Source: Nitrosopumilus sp. (GTDB lineage: Archaea > Thermoproteota > Nitrososphaeria > Nitrososphaerales > Nitrosopumilaceae). Taken from it: a stretch of 64,000 bases of DNA. Below the pieces are notes generated by a model that did not search any database, was not told where the DNA came from, and was given only the letters and a program-made list of their open reading frames with translations. The position numbers and the translations under genes are program-made. The stretch is from NCBI GenBank assembly GCA_965205425.1, contig CBDBGZ010000009.1, positions 704,001-768,000 of the forward strand, read 5' to 3'. The stretch's first letter is position 1. The number at the start of each line of letters is the position of its first letter. Shown here piece after piece: positions 19,593 to 30,970 of the stretch.

Positions 19593-20990
19593 TTAACTCA
19601 TCTTTGATGCTTTAATATCATCAAGTTCATCTTCAAAGAAGAATTTTTCTCCAAATGCAGGTTTTAGATCATCTAACCAGATTGCATTTTCATCATATTT
19701 TGCAAAGAATGGTTGATCAACCCATTTAGGATTTCTTCCTTGTAAAAATCGTAAAATGAGTATTTTTTGATCATTTAGTTTTGATGTTCCTACAACTTGC
19801 ACTTTTCCTGGAGTGGCAGACATACTTGGACCACGAACAGTTCTAGCTAGTCCACTAACAGAAGAATATGCTTTGCTAAAAATCTCATATGCTTTAACCA
19901 ATGGAACTCCAAAATAGTGTTGAGCCCCTGTATCCCTTACTACGAACATGTAGTATGGTATACAACCTAGCTGAACTTGTTTAGTCCACATTTTTGCCCA
20001 CATATCAGCATCATCGTTAATGTGTGATAAAAGAGGAGATTGAGTCCTAATTTCTGCACCAGTTTTTCTTACTGCTTTGATTGCAGATTTTACAGCTTCT
20101 GTAGATAATTCATTGAGATGGTTAAAGTGACCCATAAAAGCAAGATGTAATCCACTATCAGTTATTCTTCTAAACACATCTAACATTTCTTCAGAATCTG
20201 AATCAGTTAAAAATTTGTAAGGCCAATATGAAAGAGCTTTTGTTCCAATTCTAATTGTTTTTAGATTTTGAGGTTTTGATTCAATTATAGTATCAATATA
20301 TTTGGAAAATATTTTTGCTTTCATTATCATTGGATCACCACCAGTAAATAGCACATCACTAATTTCAGGATGTTCAGTAACATATTGTACTAATTGTTCA
20401 CCTTCTTGCATGGCAAACTTCATTTCATCCATTCCAACAAATTGTGGCCATCTAAAACAAAAACTGCAATAAGCATGACAAGTTTGACTTTGACTAGGGA
20501 AAAAAAGACAAGTTTCTTTGTATTTGTGTTGCATTCCATAAAGTTTGGTCCCATCTTTTAACATTGGAACATTGAGCTCCATTTGTCCTGCAGGATGTGG
20601 ATTTAATTGTAAACGAATTTCATTTGCTATGTTTGCTATTTCTTTTTTATCAGAATTATTTTTTAATGCGGTTTCCATTTTTTTGTAATGTTCAGATTTT
20701 AGCATTCCTTTTTGAGGAAAAGTTAAAACATACATTGGATCGTTTGGAATATTATTCCAGTCAATTAGCTGTTCAACAACATAATTATTTGCTTTAAACG
20801 GTAAGACATTTCCCACAACTTCCATTTCAAATTGTTTTTCTTCTCCAAGATTTTGGATTTGTGGAAGAGTACGAAAATTTGATAATGTGTAAGATTTCAG
20901 TGATGGTGAATCATCCCATACTGATTCCTGATAGGTCATGTTGTAAATAGTGTGTTTACCCTTGTTAAAGGTTACAAGCTTTTTAGGCAT
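19593..20990 (-). CDS. KamA-family radical SAM protein (lysine 2,3-aminomutase-like); true start probably 20939
   Basis: CHAYCSFC, LFTGGDP, IRIGTK and PYYMF motifs. Confidence 0.85.
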   Translation of the reverse strand: MPKKLVTFNKGKHTIYNMTYQESVWDDSPSLKSYTLSNFRTLPQIQNLGEEKQFEMEVVGNVLPFKANNYVVEQLIDWNNIPNDPMYVLTFPQKGMLKSEHYKKMETALKNNSDKKEIANIANEIRLQLNPHPAGQMELNVPMLKDGTKLYGMQHKYKETCLFFPSQSQTCHAYCSFCFRWPQFVGMDEMKFAMQEGEQLVQYVTEHPEISDVLFTGGDPMIMKAKIFSKYIDTIIESKPQNLKTIRIGTKALSYWPYKFLTDSDSEEMLDVFRRITDSGLHLAFMGHFNHLNELSTEAVKSAIKAVRKTGAEIRTQSPLLSHINDDADMWAKMWTKQVQLGCIPYYMFVVRDTGAQHYFGVPLVKAYEIFSKAYSSVSGLARTVRGPSMSATPGKVQVVGTSKLNDQKILILRFLQGRNPKWVDQPFFAKYDENAIWLDDLKPAFGEKFFFEDELDDIKASKMS

Positions 20991-21069
20991 AAATTTTTTA
21001 GGATTTAATTAAAAATTGGCTTAACCTTTGTATTCTAGGACATGAATTTGATTAGAATGGTGATTATGT

Positions 21070-22809
21070 ATGGCTGAAGAAGACTTGTCACAAATTTCTG
21101 TTGGCGAATTTGAAACAGTTTCACAACTTATAGCATCATCTGAATCACTTCAAATTGCATTTTCCTTAATGATTATAGGAATAATTGGAATAGCTATTGG
21201 GTATAGGAAATTTTCATCTTGGGTTGGTTCTCAAAAATTCTATTATCAAAGACCACATTTTTCACGATTTGTACGTAGAGCAGTTCTACCATTTTTTGCA
21301 ATTGCATTAATTACAGCAATTAATGTACACATACAAACTGGGGTCTTGTTTGGAGAAAATTTATCAATAATTGAAGGTGAAGATGTATCACCTGCAGAAA
21401 CATTTGCAAAAATTCTCAATACATTCAATATTTTAGTAATAGGATACACAATTTCTCATCTAATTCCAATTGCCCTCACAAAACGTGAAAAATCTACTTT
21501 AGAAAAAGAAGATTTTGGTGCATGGTTTGAAATGAGAGGATTTGTTGATGATGAAGACCTATTTCATAAAGTGTACAAATGGGTTCCGCCAAATGTTACT
21601 CCAGAAGATATTGAAGAAGCAGAATTCAATGAAATGTTGAAAACGAAAGAAGGTATGTTAGAATTAGAACAATTCAGAACTACAAAGGGAAATCCAATCG
21701 GAGGATATGAGAAATTAATTGATAATCCTTTTGAAAAATGGAAAAAATCTGAACGTTCAAAATATGAAAAATATTATCAAAATTGTGTAACTGGTAACAA
21801 TCAATCTGGAAGAAAATTAAGACCTGGTGCAAAACCTGATGAAATATTTCCAATTGATGTTTGGAGAGAAGAAAAAAGAACGAATGGATATGAGCCACTA
21901 ATTCCTAGTTCACGCCCTCCAGGATTTGCTAAAAGAAAAAGAGAAGGCATTCCAAAGTCTGCAAAACAAATTCTTCCAGTTGGAATTTTTATTGCGACAA
22001 TTTTAGGAATTGTATCTTGGTGGGGAGTAGATTTGATTGTACTTGCTACAGCTACAGGAGGATTAGCAATTGGTTTAGGTTTAGCATTACAAGAAACTAT
22101 GCAGAATTATTTTGCATATATTCTCATTAGAAAAGATAAGATATTTGTTGAAGGCGAACGCATTAAACTTGATACAGGATACAACGGTTACGTACATAAA
22201 ATTACGCCTAGAGTAACCTATCTCAGAGATGCATTAAACGAATCTATTGCAATAATTCCAACAAGACAACTAGTTAATGCACAGGTGATTAATTACACAC
22301 AGGGAATAAAGATGGTACCTGCAATTGTAGATGTAGGTGTTTCTTATCTAAATGATCCTAAACAAGTTTCAGCTATTCTTGTAAAAGTAGGAAAACGGGC
22401 AATGAATGAAGTTATTGATAACAAAGGTAGACACCTCATTAGACAAATACGATGTCCATACTTGAAACATAACCAACCAAGTTGTGGTTGTGATAAAGAT
22501 ATTCATGTTGATATCAATCAACCAGTTGTAAGGTTTAACCAATTCAATGATTCTGCATTAGATTTTTCATTATGGGTTTATGTAAGAGATTATGGTGCGC
22601 AATTCAAAACTAAAACTGATATGAGAATTATCATGTATGAAGAATTCAAGAGATATGATATTAGAATTCCATGGCCAATTAGAACAGTATACCAAGGAGA
22701 TGAAAAACATGAACAAGAAGAGATTGATAAGCTCAAGGATCAGAGAAATGGGGTTATTGATGAATATGGTACAGGGGACATTGGTCGTGGTAGTGGCGAA
22801 GATGAGTGA
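21070..22809 (+). CDS. MscS-family mechanosensitive channel
   Basis: GLAIGLGLALQET, VDVGVSY, FNDSALDF and IPWP motifs. Confidence 0.85.
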   Translation: MAEEDLSQISVGEFETVSQLIASSESLQIAFSLMIIGIIGIAIGYRKFSSWVGSQKFYYQRPHFSRFVRRAVLPFFAIALITAINVHIQTGVLFGENLSIIEGEDVSPAETFAKILNTFNILVIGYTISHLIPIALTKREKSTLEKEDFGAWFEMRGFVDDEDLFHKVYKWVPPNVTPEDIEEAEFNEMLKTKEGMLELEQFRTTKGNPIGGYEKLIDNPFEKWKKSERSKYEKYYQNCVTGNNQSGRKLRPGAKPDEIFPIDVWREEKRTNGYEPLIPSSRPPGFAKRKREGIPKSAKQILPVGIFIATILGIVSWWGVDLIVLATATGGLAIGLGLALQETMQNYFAYILIRKDKIFVEGERIKLDTGYNGYVHKITPRVTYLRDALNESIAIIPTRQLVNAQVINYTQGIKMVPAIVDVGVSYLNDPKQVSAILVKVGKRAMNEVIDNKGRHLIRQIRCPYLKHNQPSCGCDKDIHVDINQPVVRFNQFNDSALDFSLWVYVRDYGAQFKTKTDMRIIMYEEFKRYDIRIPWPIRTVYQGDEKHEQEEIDKLKDQRNGVIDEYGTGDIGRGSGEDE

Positions 22810-23726
22810 TCTTCTCAAAACTTAAGAATCCCGTTAATTCACATTTCTTGTTGAGTAAGTTATCAGTAATTGCTGGAAAATCATCTGAAGAAATATCAAG
22901 AAAACTATCTAGAAAAATAAAAGCAAATCTAGTAAAGACACAAATCAGGATTTTTGCTGATGGTGAAAGTAAGATAACTCTTAGTGGAAAAATATCTAAA
23001 AGAAAATCTGTTGTTGTACAATCAATTTACCCTCCAGTTAATACAAATCTAATTCAAGCATTATCACTTATTTCAAAAGCTAAAGAAACATCCTCAGAAG
23101 TGATTGCTGTAATTCCATATATGGGATATGCAAGACAAGACAGAGAATTTTTACCTGGGGAAATTGTAACTATGAAAGTTCTTGGAAAGTTGTTTAAAGG
23201 AGCTGGTGCATCAAAAATTATTGCTGTTGATATTCACAGTATGATTGGATTCAAACATTTTTCTATCAAAACAAAGAATGTGTCTGCAGTTCCAGAATTG
23301 GTACGATATGTCAAGAAATTGAGCCTGAAAAATCCATTAGTAATCTCTCCAGATCAGGGGGGAAAGGAGAGAGCAAAAGAATTTGCAAAAGAATTAAGTT
23401 CAGAGTATATTGCATTAGAGAAAAAGAGAGACAGGAAGACAGGAAAAGTTCAAATTAAAACAAAGAATCTAGATGAAGTTGCAAAGAGAGATTTAATTTT
23501 AGTTGATGATATGATTAGTACTGGAGGAAGTATTGTTAAAGCTACTCAGTTTCTTAAAAAACAAAAATGTAAAAAAGTGTATGTAGCATGTACACATGCG
23601 TTATTGATGAATGATGCAGAAAAAAGAATTAAAAAAGCAGGAGTTAGCAAAATTATTAGTACAAATACAATTCCAGGTAAAACATCGATTGTAGATATAT
23701 CCAATACAATTGCAAAGGCAATTTAA
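22806..23726 (+). CDS. prs: Ribose-phosphate pyrophosphokinase (start probably TTG at about 22851)
   Basis: FADGES, PYMGYARQDR, DIHS, SPDQGG and VDDMISTGGS motifs. Confidence 0.95.
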   Translation: MIFSKLKNPVNSHFLLSKLSVIAGKSSEEISRKLSRKIKANLVKTQIRIFADGESKITLSGKISKRKSVVVQSIYPPVNTNLIQALSLISKAKETSSEVIAVIPYMGYARQDREFLPGEIVTMKVLGKLFKGAGASKIIAVDIHSMIGFKHFSIKTKNVSAVPELVRYVKKLSLKNPLVISPDQGGKERAKEFAKELSSEYIALEKKRDRKTGKVQIKTKNLDEVAKRDLILVDDMISTGGSIVKATQFLKKQKCKKVYVACTHALLMNDAEKRIKKAGVSKIISTNTIPGKTSIVDISNTIAKAI

Positions 23727-23728
23727 TA

Positions 23729-24676
23729 ATGCCAGAAAGCTTTTTTGTTTTATCTAAAGATTATCTGGAACTTGCAACTGATGAAATTACTGCAATTGCA
23801 AAAATGTATGACAGATTTTCTAAAATTAAAGTAATTTCTAATCTTGTTATTGTACAATCAAAAACAAATTGGAATGAAATTGCAAAGAGAGCAACATTTG
23901 TGAAAACGTCTGGACAAATATTACGAAAAATGTCTGGATTATTTTTGGATGAAGAAAATATAGGTGTTTTAAAAAATGCTAAAACATTTGTTTGTAGAAT
24001 TGTTAATTTATCATCAAATCAATTTAACATACCTGAATTAGAAAGCTCAATGGGAGATATGATATCAAAATTTTCTCACGCGAAAGTAAACTTAGATAAT
24101 CCAGATATTACAGTATATTTGATTTTTACAAATAATGAAAACTTTTTTGGGTTTTCAAAACGAGTAAAAGGTCAAACTAGACCAAAAAAGATCAAAAAAC
24201 ACCCTCATGAATTAGATTGGAAGCTAACAAGATTAATGATTAATCTGATAGGAATGAAAAAAGGAGAAACTGTTTGTGATCCATTTTGTGGAACAGGTAC
24301 TACACTTCTTGAAGCAGAGTCAATGGGAATCCATGCAATTGGCTTAGATTTTGATGAAAAAATGTGTAAAATTACTAAAGAAAATCTCAAGGTGAACAAA
24401 TATCATTCAGAAGTAATCAAATCAGAATTTCAGGGATTATCAAAATTATCTGATAAATTTGATGGAATTGTAACTGATTTACCATATGGGACTGCTTCAA
24501 AAACATCAGAAAAGCCACAGGAAATTCTAAAGAAATTTTTTGGTAGTCTTCCTAAGAAAAAAAGAGTAGCAATAATGTACAAAAAAGAATTAGATTTTAA
24601 TTTAAAATTAAGTGGACTGAAAAAATATCATATCTATAGGCATAAAAGCTTGACAAGAACAATCCTGATTAAATGA
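23729..24676 (+). CDS. THUMP-domain SAM-dependent RNA methyltransferase (Trm11/TrmG10-like)
   Basis: DPFCGTGT and TDLPYG motifs. Confidence 0.8.
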   Translation: MPESFFVLSKDYLELATDEITAIAKMYDRFSKIKVISNLVIVQSKTNWNEIAKRATFVKTSGQILRKMSGLFLDEENIGVLKNAKTFVCRIVNLSSNQFNIPELESSMGDMISKFSHAKVNLDNPDITVYLIFTNNENFFGFSKRVKGQTRPKKIKKHPHELDWKLTRLMINLIGMKKGETVCDPFCGTGTTLLEAESMGIHAIGLDFDEKMCKITKENLKVNKYHSEVIKSEFQGLSKLSDKFDGIVTDLPYGTASKTSEKPQEILKKFFGSLPKKKRVAIMYKKELDFNLKLSGLKKYHIYRHKSLTRTILIK

Positions 24677-25572
24677 AACTAGTATTTTTAGGAACATCGG
24701 CAGCTCAACCTACAGAAAATAGAGGATTATCATGTATTTGTTTAGAAAGAGATGGTGAGATCTTGATGTTTGATGCTGGTGAAGCTGCTCAAATATCATT
24801 TATGAAATCTGGTTTGGGTTGGAATAAAAAAATGAAATTATTTGTTACACATATGCATGGTGATCATTGTATAGGAATTTTAGGATTATTACAAACAATG
24901 TCAATGCAAAATAGAACTGAAACATTAGAAATTTTTGGACCAAGTGGAATTGAAGAATTTATTGGTGCTAATATTAAGATATTAAATTTTGGATTATCAT
25001 TTCCAGTTTTAATTACAACAATCAAAGAAGGAAAAGTATTTGAAGATGAAAAATTTTCTATGTATGTTTGTAAAGCAAATCATTCTGTAACAGCATTTTC
25101 ATATTTATTTGAAGAAAAAGATAAACCAGGAAGATTTAATCTAGAAAAAGCAAAAGAATTAGGAATACCTGAAGGAAAATTATGGAGTGATTTACAAAAA
25201 GGTTGTAAAATAACGATTAATGAAAAAATGATAAAACCTGAACAAGTATTAGGTGAAAAACGTCCAGGAAAAAAGATTGGAATTTCTGGTGATACAATGC
25301 CTACACCAGAGTTAGAAAAATTTTTTGAAAATTGTGATTATCTTGTATTTGATTCTACATTTTTAGATGAAGAAAAATTAAGAGCACAAGAAACATGTCA
25401 TTCTACTGCAAAACAAGCTGCAACAATAGGTAAAAATGCTAAAGTTAAAAATTTAATTTTAACACATTTTTCAGCAAGATACAAAGATGAGGTTGATCAT
25501 TTGAAAGAAGCACAAGAAATTCACAGTTCGGTGATTACAGCTAGAGATCTTTTAGAAATAGAAATTAAATAA
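24673..25572 (+). CDS. rnz: Ribonuclease Z
   Basis: FLGTSA, THMHGDH, SGDT, HST and THFSARY motifs. Confidence 0.95.
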   Translation: MKLVFLGTSAAQPTENRGLSCICLERDGEILMFDAGEAAQISFMKSGLGWNKKMKLFVTHMHGDHCIGILGLLQTMSMQNRTETLEIFGPSGIEEFIGANIKILNFGLSFPVLITTIKEGKVFEDEKFSMYVCKANHSVTAFSYLFEEKDKPGRFNLEKAKELGIPEGKLWSDLQKGCKITINEKMIKPEQVLGEKRPGKKIGISGDTMPTPELEKFFENCDYLVFDSTFLDEEKLRAQETCHSTAKQAATIGKNAKVKNLILTHFSARYKDEVDHLKEAQEIHSSVITARDLLEIEIK

Positions 25573-25573
25573 A

Positions 25574-26299
25574 ATGTTTGAATTAATTGAAGAACAAATT
25601 AAGAAATTTGGGAAAATAGTTTTTGTGACAGGAGCTGGCATTTCACAAGAAAGTGGAATACCTACCTTCAGAGGAAAAAATGGATTATGGAGAAACTATG
25701 ATGCTATGAAATTAGCCACTATTGATGCATTTTATGATAATCCAAAATTAGTTTGGGAATGGTATAATGAAAGACGAATGAATATTTTCCAGGCAAAACC
25801 AAATCCAGGCCATACAGCAATTGCGGAACTTGAAAAATATGCTGAAGTTGTGGTTTTAACTCAAAATATTGATGGATTACATCAAAAATCAGGCAGTTCA
25901 AAGGTGTTAGAACTACATGGAAGCATTATGAAGATTAAATGTACAGTTTGTGATTATAAAGAAGAAATTTTAACAGAAATTTCTAATTTCCCACCTATTT
26001 GTAAATGTGGAAATATGCTCAGACCTGATGTTGTATGGTTTGGAGAATCATTACCTCAAGATGTATGGCAAAATGCTATGAATTTGGCAAGCAAATGTGA
26101 TTTGATGATTATTGCAGGTACATCACTTGTAGTATCTCCAGCAAACACATTACCAATCTATGCAAAACAAAACAATGCCACATTAATAGAAATCAATCCA
26201 GAAAATACAGAAATGTCAGGAGAAATGAATTTGGTAATTAGAAATACAAGTGCAAAATCGCTACCAAAATTAGTTTCATTATTTAAAAATAAATTATGA
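25574..26299 (+). CDS. cobB: NAD-dependent protein deacylase (Sir2/CobB)
   Basis: TGAGISQESGIPTFRG, TQNIDGLH and RPDVVWFGE motifs. Confidence 0.9.
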   Translation: MFELIEEQIKKFGKIVFVTGAGISQESGIPTFRGKNGLWRNYDAMKLATIDAFYDNPKLVWEWYNERRMNIFQAKPNPGHTAIAELEKYAEVVVLTQNIDGLHQKSGSSKVLELHGSIMKIKCTVCDYKEEILTEISNFPPICKCGNMLRPDVVWFGESLPQDVWQNAMNLASKCDLMIIAGTSLVVSPANTLPIYAKQNNATLIEINPENTEMSGEMNLVIRNTSAKSLPKLVSLFKNKL

Positions 26300-27031
26300 T
26301 TGTGAAAAAATTCCGTTAATTTTTGTATCTGAAGAATCTCCTGGATTATAAACTGATGATGTTACTGTTCCATAGTCTTCATGATCAACTACCATATCTA
26401 CATAATATGGAATTCCAATTGCATCATTTACATTTGTATCAAACATTGATGTGAAAAATGTTCCAGAGAAAATTTCTTTATCTGCAGTTCTGATTACTAC
26501 ATTAACACTTTTTGTTTTACCACTTGTATCAACATATTGAAGAAGAATATTATCATCAGATTGTTGTTTGGTTGACAAGGATAAAGTTTCAGGAGGTATT
26601 GGAATAGTATTTTGAGTAGAGACATTATTTGTTGATTCTTTAGTAGTTGTTGATGAACTAATTGATTTTGAATTTGAACCACCTGTAAAGATATTTTGGA
26701 TTGATTCTATTGGATTAAAATTTGAAATTTCTTCTTGAATTGTCTTTTGAGAAGATTCTTTTACTTCAGAAATTTCATTTGTTACTTTATCTCCAGCTTC
26801 GCTAATTTCTTCAGATATTGACTCAGTTGTCTTATCCACAATTTTATTAATTGATGAATCAATTCTTTGTTCTACAGAATCTGAAGCTTTAGAGCCAAAG
26901 CTTGATACGTCTTCTTTTAAAGAATCAAAAACCGTGGCAGATGTTGATGGAAATAAAGTGTCAATTTCGTTTGAAAATACCATACCTCCTAAAATTACAA
27001 TACCAGCAATTATGCCTAGTTTTATGAACAT
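26294..27031 (-). CDS. Exported Ser/Thr-rich hypothetical protein
   Basis: N-terminal TM/signal segment; long ORF. Confidence 0.6.
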   Translation of the reverse strand: MFIKLGIIAGIVILGGMVFSNEIDTLFPSTSATVFDSLKEDVSSFGSKASDSVEQRIDSSINKIVDKTTESISEEISEAGDKVTNEISEVKESSQKTIQEEISNFNPIESIQNIFTGGSNSKSISSSTTTKESTNNVSTQNTIPIPPETLSLSTKQQSDDNILLQYVDTSGKTKSVNVVIRTADKEIFSGTFFTSMFDTNVNDAIGIPYYVDMVVDHEDYGTVTSSVYNPGDSSDTKINGIFSQS

Positions 27032-27115
27032 CGATGTTAATCCAAAAAAATAGATTTTAGATTCAAACTAAAAAAAATAGTCAAAAATGAGTTAATTTTG
27101 TTAGCTAATTTTCCA

Positions 27116-27523
27116 CTAATTTACAAAAGCTAGCCAATCAATAATCCTATCAATATTGGATGAAGTTAGAGTAACCTTGATTGGTCCTAATGGAGATTCT
27201 TCAGATTCATCACAAATAGCAATTTTTTCTACAAATGCTGCTTGTTTATTTAAAAAAAACCAAGTTTGGTTATCTTCTAAATTATTTTCCAAATTTCGCG
27301 TATAGCTTTTTTGAGATTGTGTAGAAGTAATTGTTTCATAAATTTTTTCTAACGATCTTAATTCTTTTGATTGCGCCTTGATTGAAAAATTCTCATTTGT
27401 AATATCAGAGAACGGAAATATGTTTAAAATAGATTGTTTTACTTTTTCTGGATCTTCGGATAGATTTACTGGACATACCATTTCAATTTTGCAATTAATA
27501 GTTGGAATTTTCATTCTGCCCAA
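27116..27523 (-). CDS. Archaeal RNA-binding-domain protein (DUF54/UPF0201-like)
   Basis: SEDPEKV, LNKQAAFV and ESPLGPI motifs. Confidence 0.75.
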   Translation of the reverse strand: MGRMKIPTINCKIEMVCPVNLSEDPEKVKQSILNIFPFSDITNENFSIKAQSKELRSLEKIYETITSTQSQKSYTRNLENNLEDNQTWFFLNKQAAFVEKIAICDESEESPLGPIKVTLTSSNIDRIIDWLAFVN

Positions 27524-28062
27524 CTTTGAATGATTTTAAAAGTTTGTTCAATTAATTCTTCTTTAGTTAAACCAATATTTGAAATTGCATAATCGGATAG
27601 AGCAATTGAATTACTTATACCAACACCCATTTCACGATTATCTCTTTCTTCAAAGTGTTCTTTTGTTTGAGGATCATCAGATCTTCCTCTTTTTTGTAAA
27701 AAATCAAATCTAGTATCAGTTGATGCATGAACTGCCAATAATTTTACAGTACCAAATTTTTTCAATACTTGAATTTCATCATTTGATCTTACTCCATCCA
27801 TTAAAATTACATTTGATGTAGAAGATTCAATTTGTGGTTTAACCAATTCTGCAATTGCACCAGGCCCATTTTTTTCTCTAAGTTCAAGCATTAATTTTCC
27901 AAGATTTTCTCTAGATGATTCTAAATTTCTCTTTTTAGCTTCTTCCCTAACTGCATTACCCATATTGATTATTTCGTATCCTTTAGATTTCAAGCCATCA
28001 GCAATTGTAGATTTACCTGCACCAGGCATTCCTGTTAGACATACAATTAGTTTAGTCAACAT
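27511..28062 (-). CDS. P-loop kinase, dephospho-CoA kinase-like (UPF0200-like)
   Basis: TGMPGAGKST, DGVRS and RGRSDD motifs. Confidence 0.8.
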   Translation of the reverse strand: MLTKLIVCLTGMPGAGKSTIADGLKSKGYEIINMGNAVREEAKKRNLESSRENLGKLMLELREKNGPGAIAELVKPQIESSTSNVILMDGVRSNDEIQVLKKFGTVKLLAVHASTDTRFDFLQKRGRSDDPQTKEHFEERDNREMGVGISNSIALSDYAISNIGLTKEELIEQTFKIIQSWAE

Positions 28063-28131
28063 ATATCAGAAAAAAGGCTCGTCTATGAAGTTACCGGAAA
28101 TAATTATAAACACAATTCAAAAAATCTTATA

Positions 28132-28663
28132 ATGCGAGTTTTTGTAGCAATTGAAATCACAAATAAAGCAGTAATTAATTCAATTAAAAAATTTCAAGAT
28201 GAATTAGAAATTGATGCAAGACCAGTTGAGCCACAAAATTTTCATTTCACATTACAATTTTTAGGGGAAATTTCATTAAAAATCACTAAAGCTCTACAAA
28301 CAATAGAATTCTCAAATTTTGATATAGTTTTGAAAGGAATAGGGGTTTTTCCTAAACCTAGTTTTCCTAGAGTAGTTTGGATAGGTTCAGATGAAATAGG
28401 AGGAGATTTACTAATTCAACTATCTAAAAAGGTCGTAAAAGTACTTGAACCATTAGGATTCTTTCAAGATAAACCATTCAAACCTCATATCACAGTATTT
28501 AGAATTAAAAAGAAGATTGGAGATGTATCAAAGGAATTGGAAAATAAAAAAAATGATAAATTTTGGAATACAAAATGTATCTAACATTAAATTGAAAAAA
28601 AATGAACTTACTTCAAGTGGACCAATTTATTCAGATTTAGTGGAGGTTATGGCAAAAAATTGA
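28132..28663 (+). pseudogene. thpR: RNA 2',3'-cyclic phosphodiesterase (2H family), frameshifted at A8 28546-28553 (real or sequencing error)
   Basis: HFTL and PHITV motifs; C-terminus LTSSGPIYSDL lies in another frame ending at 28663. Confidence 0.8.
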
Positions 28664-29991
28664 AGCAAATAATTTCGAAAATTTCTAAAACTGTAATACC
28701 TTCAAAAATAACTGAAAAATCAAAAGAAAAAATTGCAGAAATAGCTTTTAGTTTAGTTGAAAAAGAAATTAAGAAGTATCCAGAAGTAGTTGGATTAGAA
28801 TTTGGTGGATCATTTGCAAAAGATACTTGGTTAACTAAAGATGCAGATATTGATATTTTTATTAAATTCAAAAAAAATGTATTAGAAGAAAAATTTGAAA
28901 AAATTTCTAAAAAAATAGGATTTGATTCATTAAAAAAATATTCTCCATATGTTAGATATTCTCAACACCCATATGTTGAGGCTAAAATTAAAAATACCAA
29001 AATCAATGTTGTACCATGTTATGATGTAAAGATTGGAGAATGGAAAAGTGCTGCAGATAGATCTCCGTTTCATACTAAATTCATGAAAAAATCATTAACA
29101 CCAAAAATGAAAAATGAAGTACGAGTTCTAAAGATATTTCTAAAATCAAATGGAATTTATGGTGCAGAAATAGCAAAACAAGGATTTAGTGGATATATTT
29201 CAGAAGTTTTGATTCTAGAGTTTGGAAGTTTTGAAAACCTTATAAAATCAATTTCAAAAATTAAAGAAAATCAAATTATTGGAAAAACAAGTAAAAAGTT
29301 TGATACATCAATTGTGGTGATTGATCCAATTGACGGTAATAGGAATTTAGCTGCTGCTGTTTCTGATGAAAATATTGGAAAATTCATTATTATTTCAAGA
29401 GCGTTTAAGGGAAAACCAAGTATTGGATTCTTTAAGATTAAAAAATCAAGAATATCAAATAAATTTTGGAATAATTTGTTGGTTGTTAAATTTAATTTCA
29501 AAGCTAGAAGTCCAGATATCATATGGGGACAAATTAAAAGAGCAACTTCAACAATATCTACACAGTTAGAATTAGGAGGATTTACTGTATTAAGAAGTAA
29601 ATCTCACACAGACCAACAAAATGAAGCCTACCTTTTGTTCTTTTTAGAGTCTACAAAAATTAATGAGATCTATTCTAAAAAAGGACCAGAATTTTTCAGA
29701 GAAGATAGTACCCATAGTTTCATTGCCAAGAATCTCAAAAATGCTGAATTAGTATGGGTTGGAAATGATAGAAAAATAATTTCATTAGAAAAAAGAAATC
29801 ATGTAGACGCAGTAAGTTTTATGAAAGAATTCTTAAAGAAAAATCTTCAAGTAGGCATACCAAAAGGTCTCCAGACGGATTTTAAACAAGGTTTTAAGGT
29901 ATCCATAGGAAACAAAAATCTAAGCAAATTAATTAAAGAGGAAGCAGCTGAATTGATTTCAGTAGATGGCACACTCCTTCATTTCAATTAA
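28660..29991 (+). CDS. cca: Archaeal (class I) CCA-adding enzyme
   Basis: GGSFAKDTWL, DIDIF, HPYV, SAADRSPFH and GFSGYISE motifs. Confidence 0.92.
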   Translation: MKQIISKISKTVIPSKITEKSKEKIAEIAFSLVEKEIKKYPEVVGLEFGGSFAKDTWLTKDADIDIFIKFKKNVLEEKFEKISKKIGFDSLKKYSPYVRYSQHPYVEAKIKNTKINVVPCYDVKIGEWKSAADRSPFHTKFMKKSLTPKMKNEVRVLKIFLKSNGIYGAEIAKQGFSGYISEVLILEFGSFENLIKSISKIKENQIIGKTSKKFDTSIVVIDPIDGNRNLAAAVSDENIGKFIIISRAFKGKPSIGFFKIKKSRISNKFWNNLLVVKFNFKARSPDIIWGQIKRATSTISTQLELGGFTVLRSKSHTDQQNEAYLLFFLESTKINEIYSKKGPEFFREDSTHSFIAKNLKNAELVWVGNDRKIISLEKRNHVDAVSFMKEFLKKNLQVGIPKGLQTDFKQGFKVSIGNKNLSKLIKEEAAELISVDGTLLHFN

Positions 29992-30727
29992 GAAATTTTT
30001 AGAAGAGCCATACTCAAACATTTTAGGATATCCAAATGCAACTAAGCGTCAAATAAAATCAAGAATCAATGAATTAGAAAAATTAAAAATTAAATCAATT
30101 TCTTTAACAGGTCCTACTACACTAGGAAATTTGGCAATTTTAGGAAAAGGATACGTTGGAGTTGTAGTAATTGCAAAAAAAGGAAACAAAGAGATAGCTC
30201 TTAAAATTAGAAGAACAGATTCTCCAAGAAAAGATATGAAAAATGAAGCAGTATTATTAAAATTGGTTAATTCAGTTAAAGTTGGTCCAAAAATGATCGA
30301 TGTTAGTAAAAATTTTTTGGTTATGGAATATCTTGAAGGAGAAAAATTTAGTGATTGGATTGAATTGTTAAAAGGAATTGGAAGTGTAAAGAAATTAAAA
30401 TTTACAATGAAAAGTGTATTAGAAGATTGTTATAGATTGGATCAAATAGGATTGGATCATGGTGAATTAAGTAATATTTCAAAGCATGTTATTGTAGGTA
30501 AAACAAAATCTTCACTAATAGATTTTGAGAGTTCTAGTACAAATAGAAGACCATCTAATGTTACATCAATTACTCAAGCATTTTTTATTGGATCGGGAAT
30601 TTCTAAAAAGGCTCAGAAAATTTATAAAAATTCATCCAAAGAAAAAATTATTGGGGCACTAAAATCATACAAACAAGAAAAATCAAGAGAAAATTTTGAA
30701 AAATTACTTAAAATTCTAAAATTATAA
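29966..30727 (+). CDS. RIO/Bud32-like Ser/Thr protein kinase
   Basis: LGKGYVGVV, ALKIRR, HGELS and IDFES motifs. Confidence 0.8.
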   Translation: MAHSFISIKKFLEEPYSNILGYPNATKRQIKSRINELEKLKIKSISLTGPTTLGNLAILGKGYVGVVVIAKKGNKEIALKIRRTDSPRKDMKNEAVLLKLVNSVKVGPKMIDVSKNFLVMEYLEGEKFSDWIELLKGIGSVKKLKFTMKSVLEDCYRLDQIGLDHGELSNISKHVIVGKTKSSLIDFESSSTNRRPSNVTSITQAFFIGSGISKKAQKIYKNSSKEKIIGALKSYKQEKSRENFEKLLKILKL

Positions 30728-30748
30728 TGGGATCGGCAGATTTGGAAC
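30726..30748 (-). repeat. Degenerate direct repeat of the tRNA-Pro 3' end (putative att site)
   Basis: aatgggatcggcagatttggaac versus aatgggaacggcaggatttgaac at 35895-35917. Confidence 0.65.
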
Positions 30749-30802
30749 GTATTTAGTGGTTATTTTGATACCAAATAGGCACAAAAATAATTAATTTTAT
30801 TT

Positions 30803-30970
30803 TTTCTTCTTAGCTGGTTTCTTCTTAGCTGGTTTCTTCTTAGCTGGTTTCTTCTTAGCTGGTTTCTTCTTAGCTGGTTTCTTCTTAGCTGGTTTCTTCT
30901 TAGCTGGTTTCTTCTTAGCTGGTTTCTTCTTAGCTGGTTTCTTCTTAGCTGGTTTCTTCTTAGCTGGTTT
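30803..30970 (-). repeat. Tandem repeat, 11 x 15 bp (tagctggtttcttct), encoding (KKPAK)n
   Basis: Exact units with tagctgg at 30811 + 15n up to 30961. Confidence 0.95.

Noticed and set aside
30803..30970. Possible CRISPR array
   Set aside because: Units are contiguous 15-mers with no spacers and no cas genes nearby; it is a coding tandem repeat
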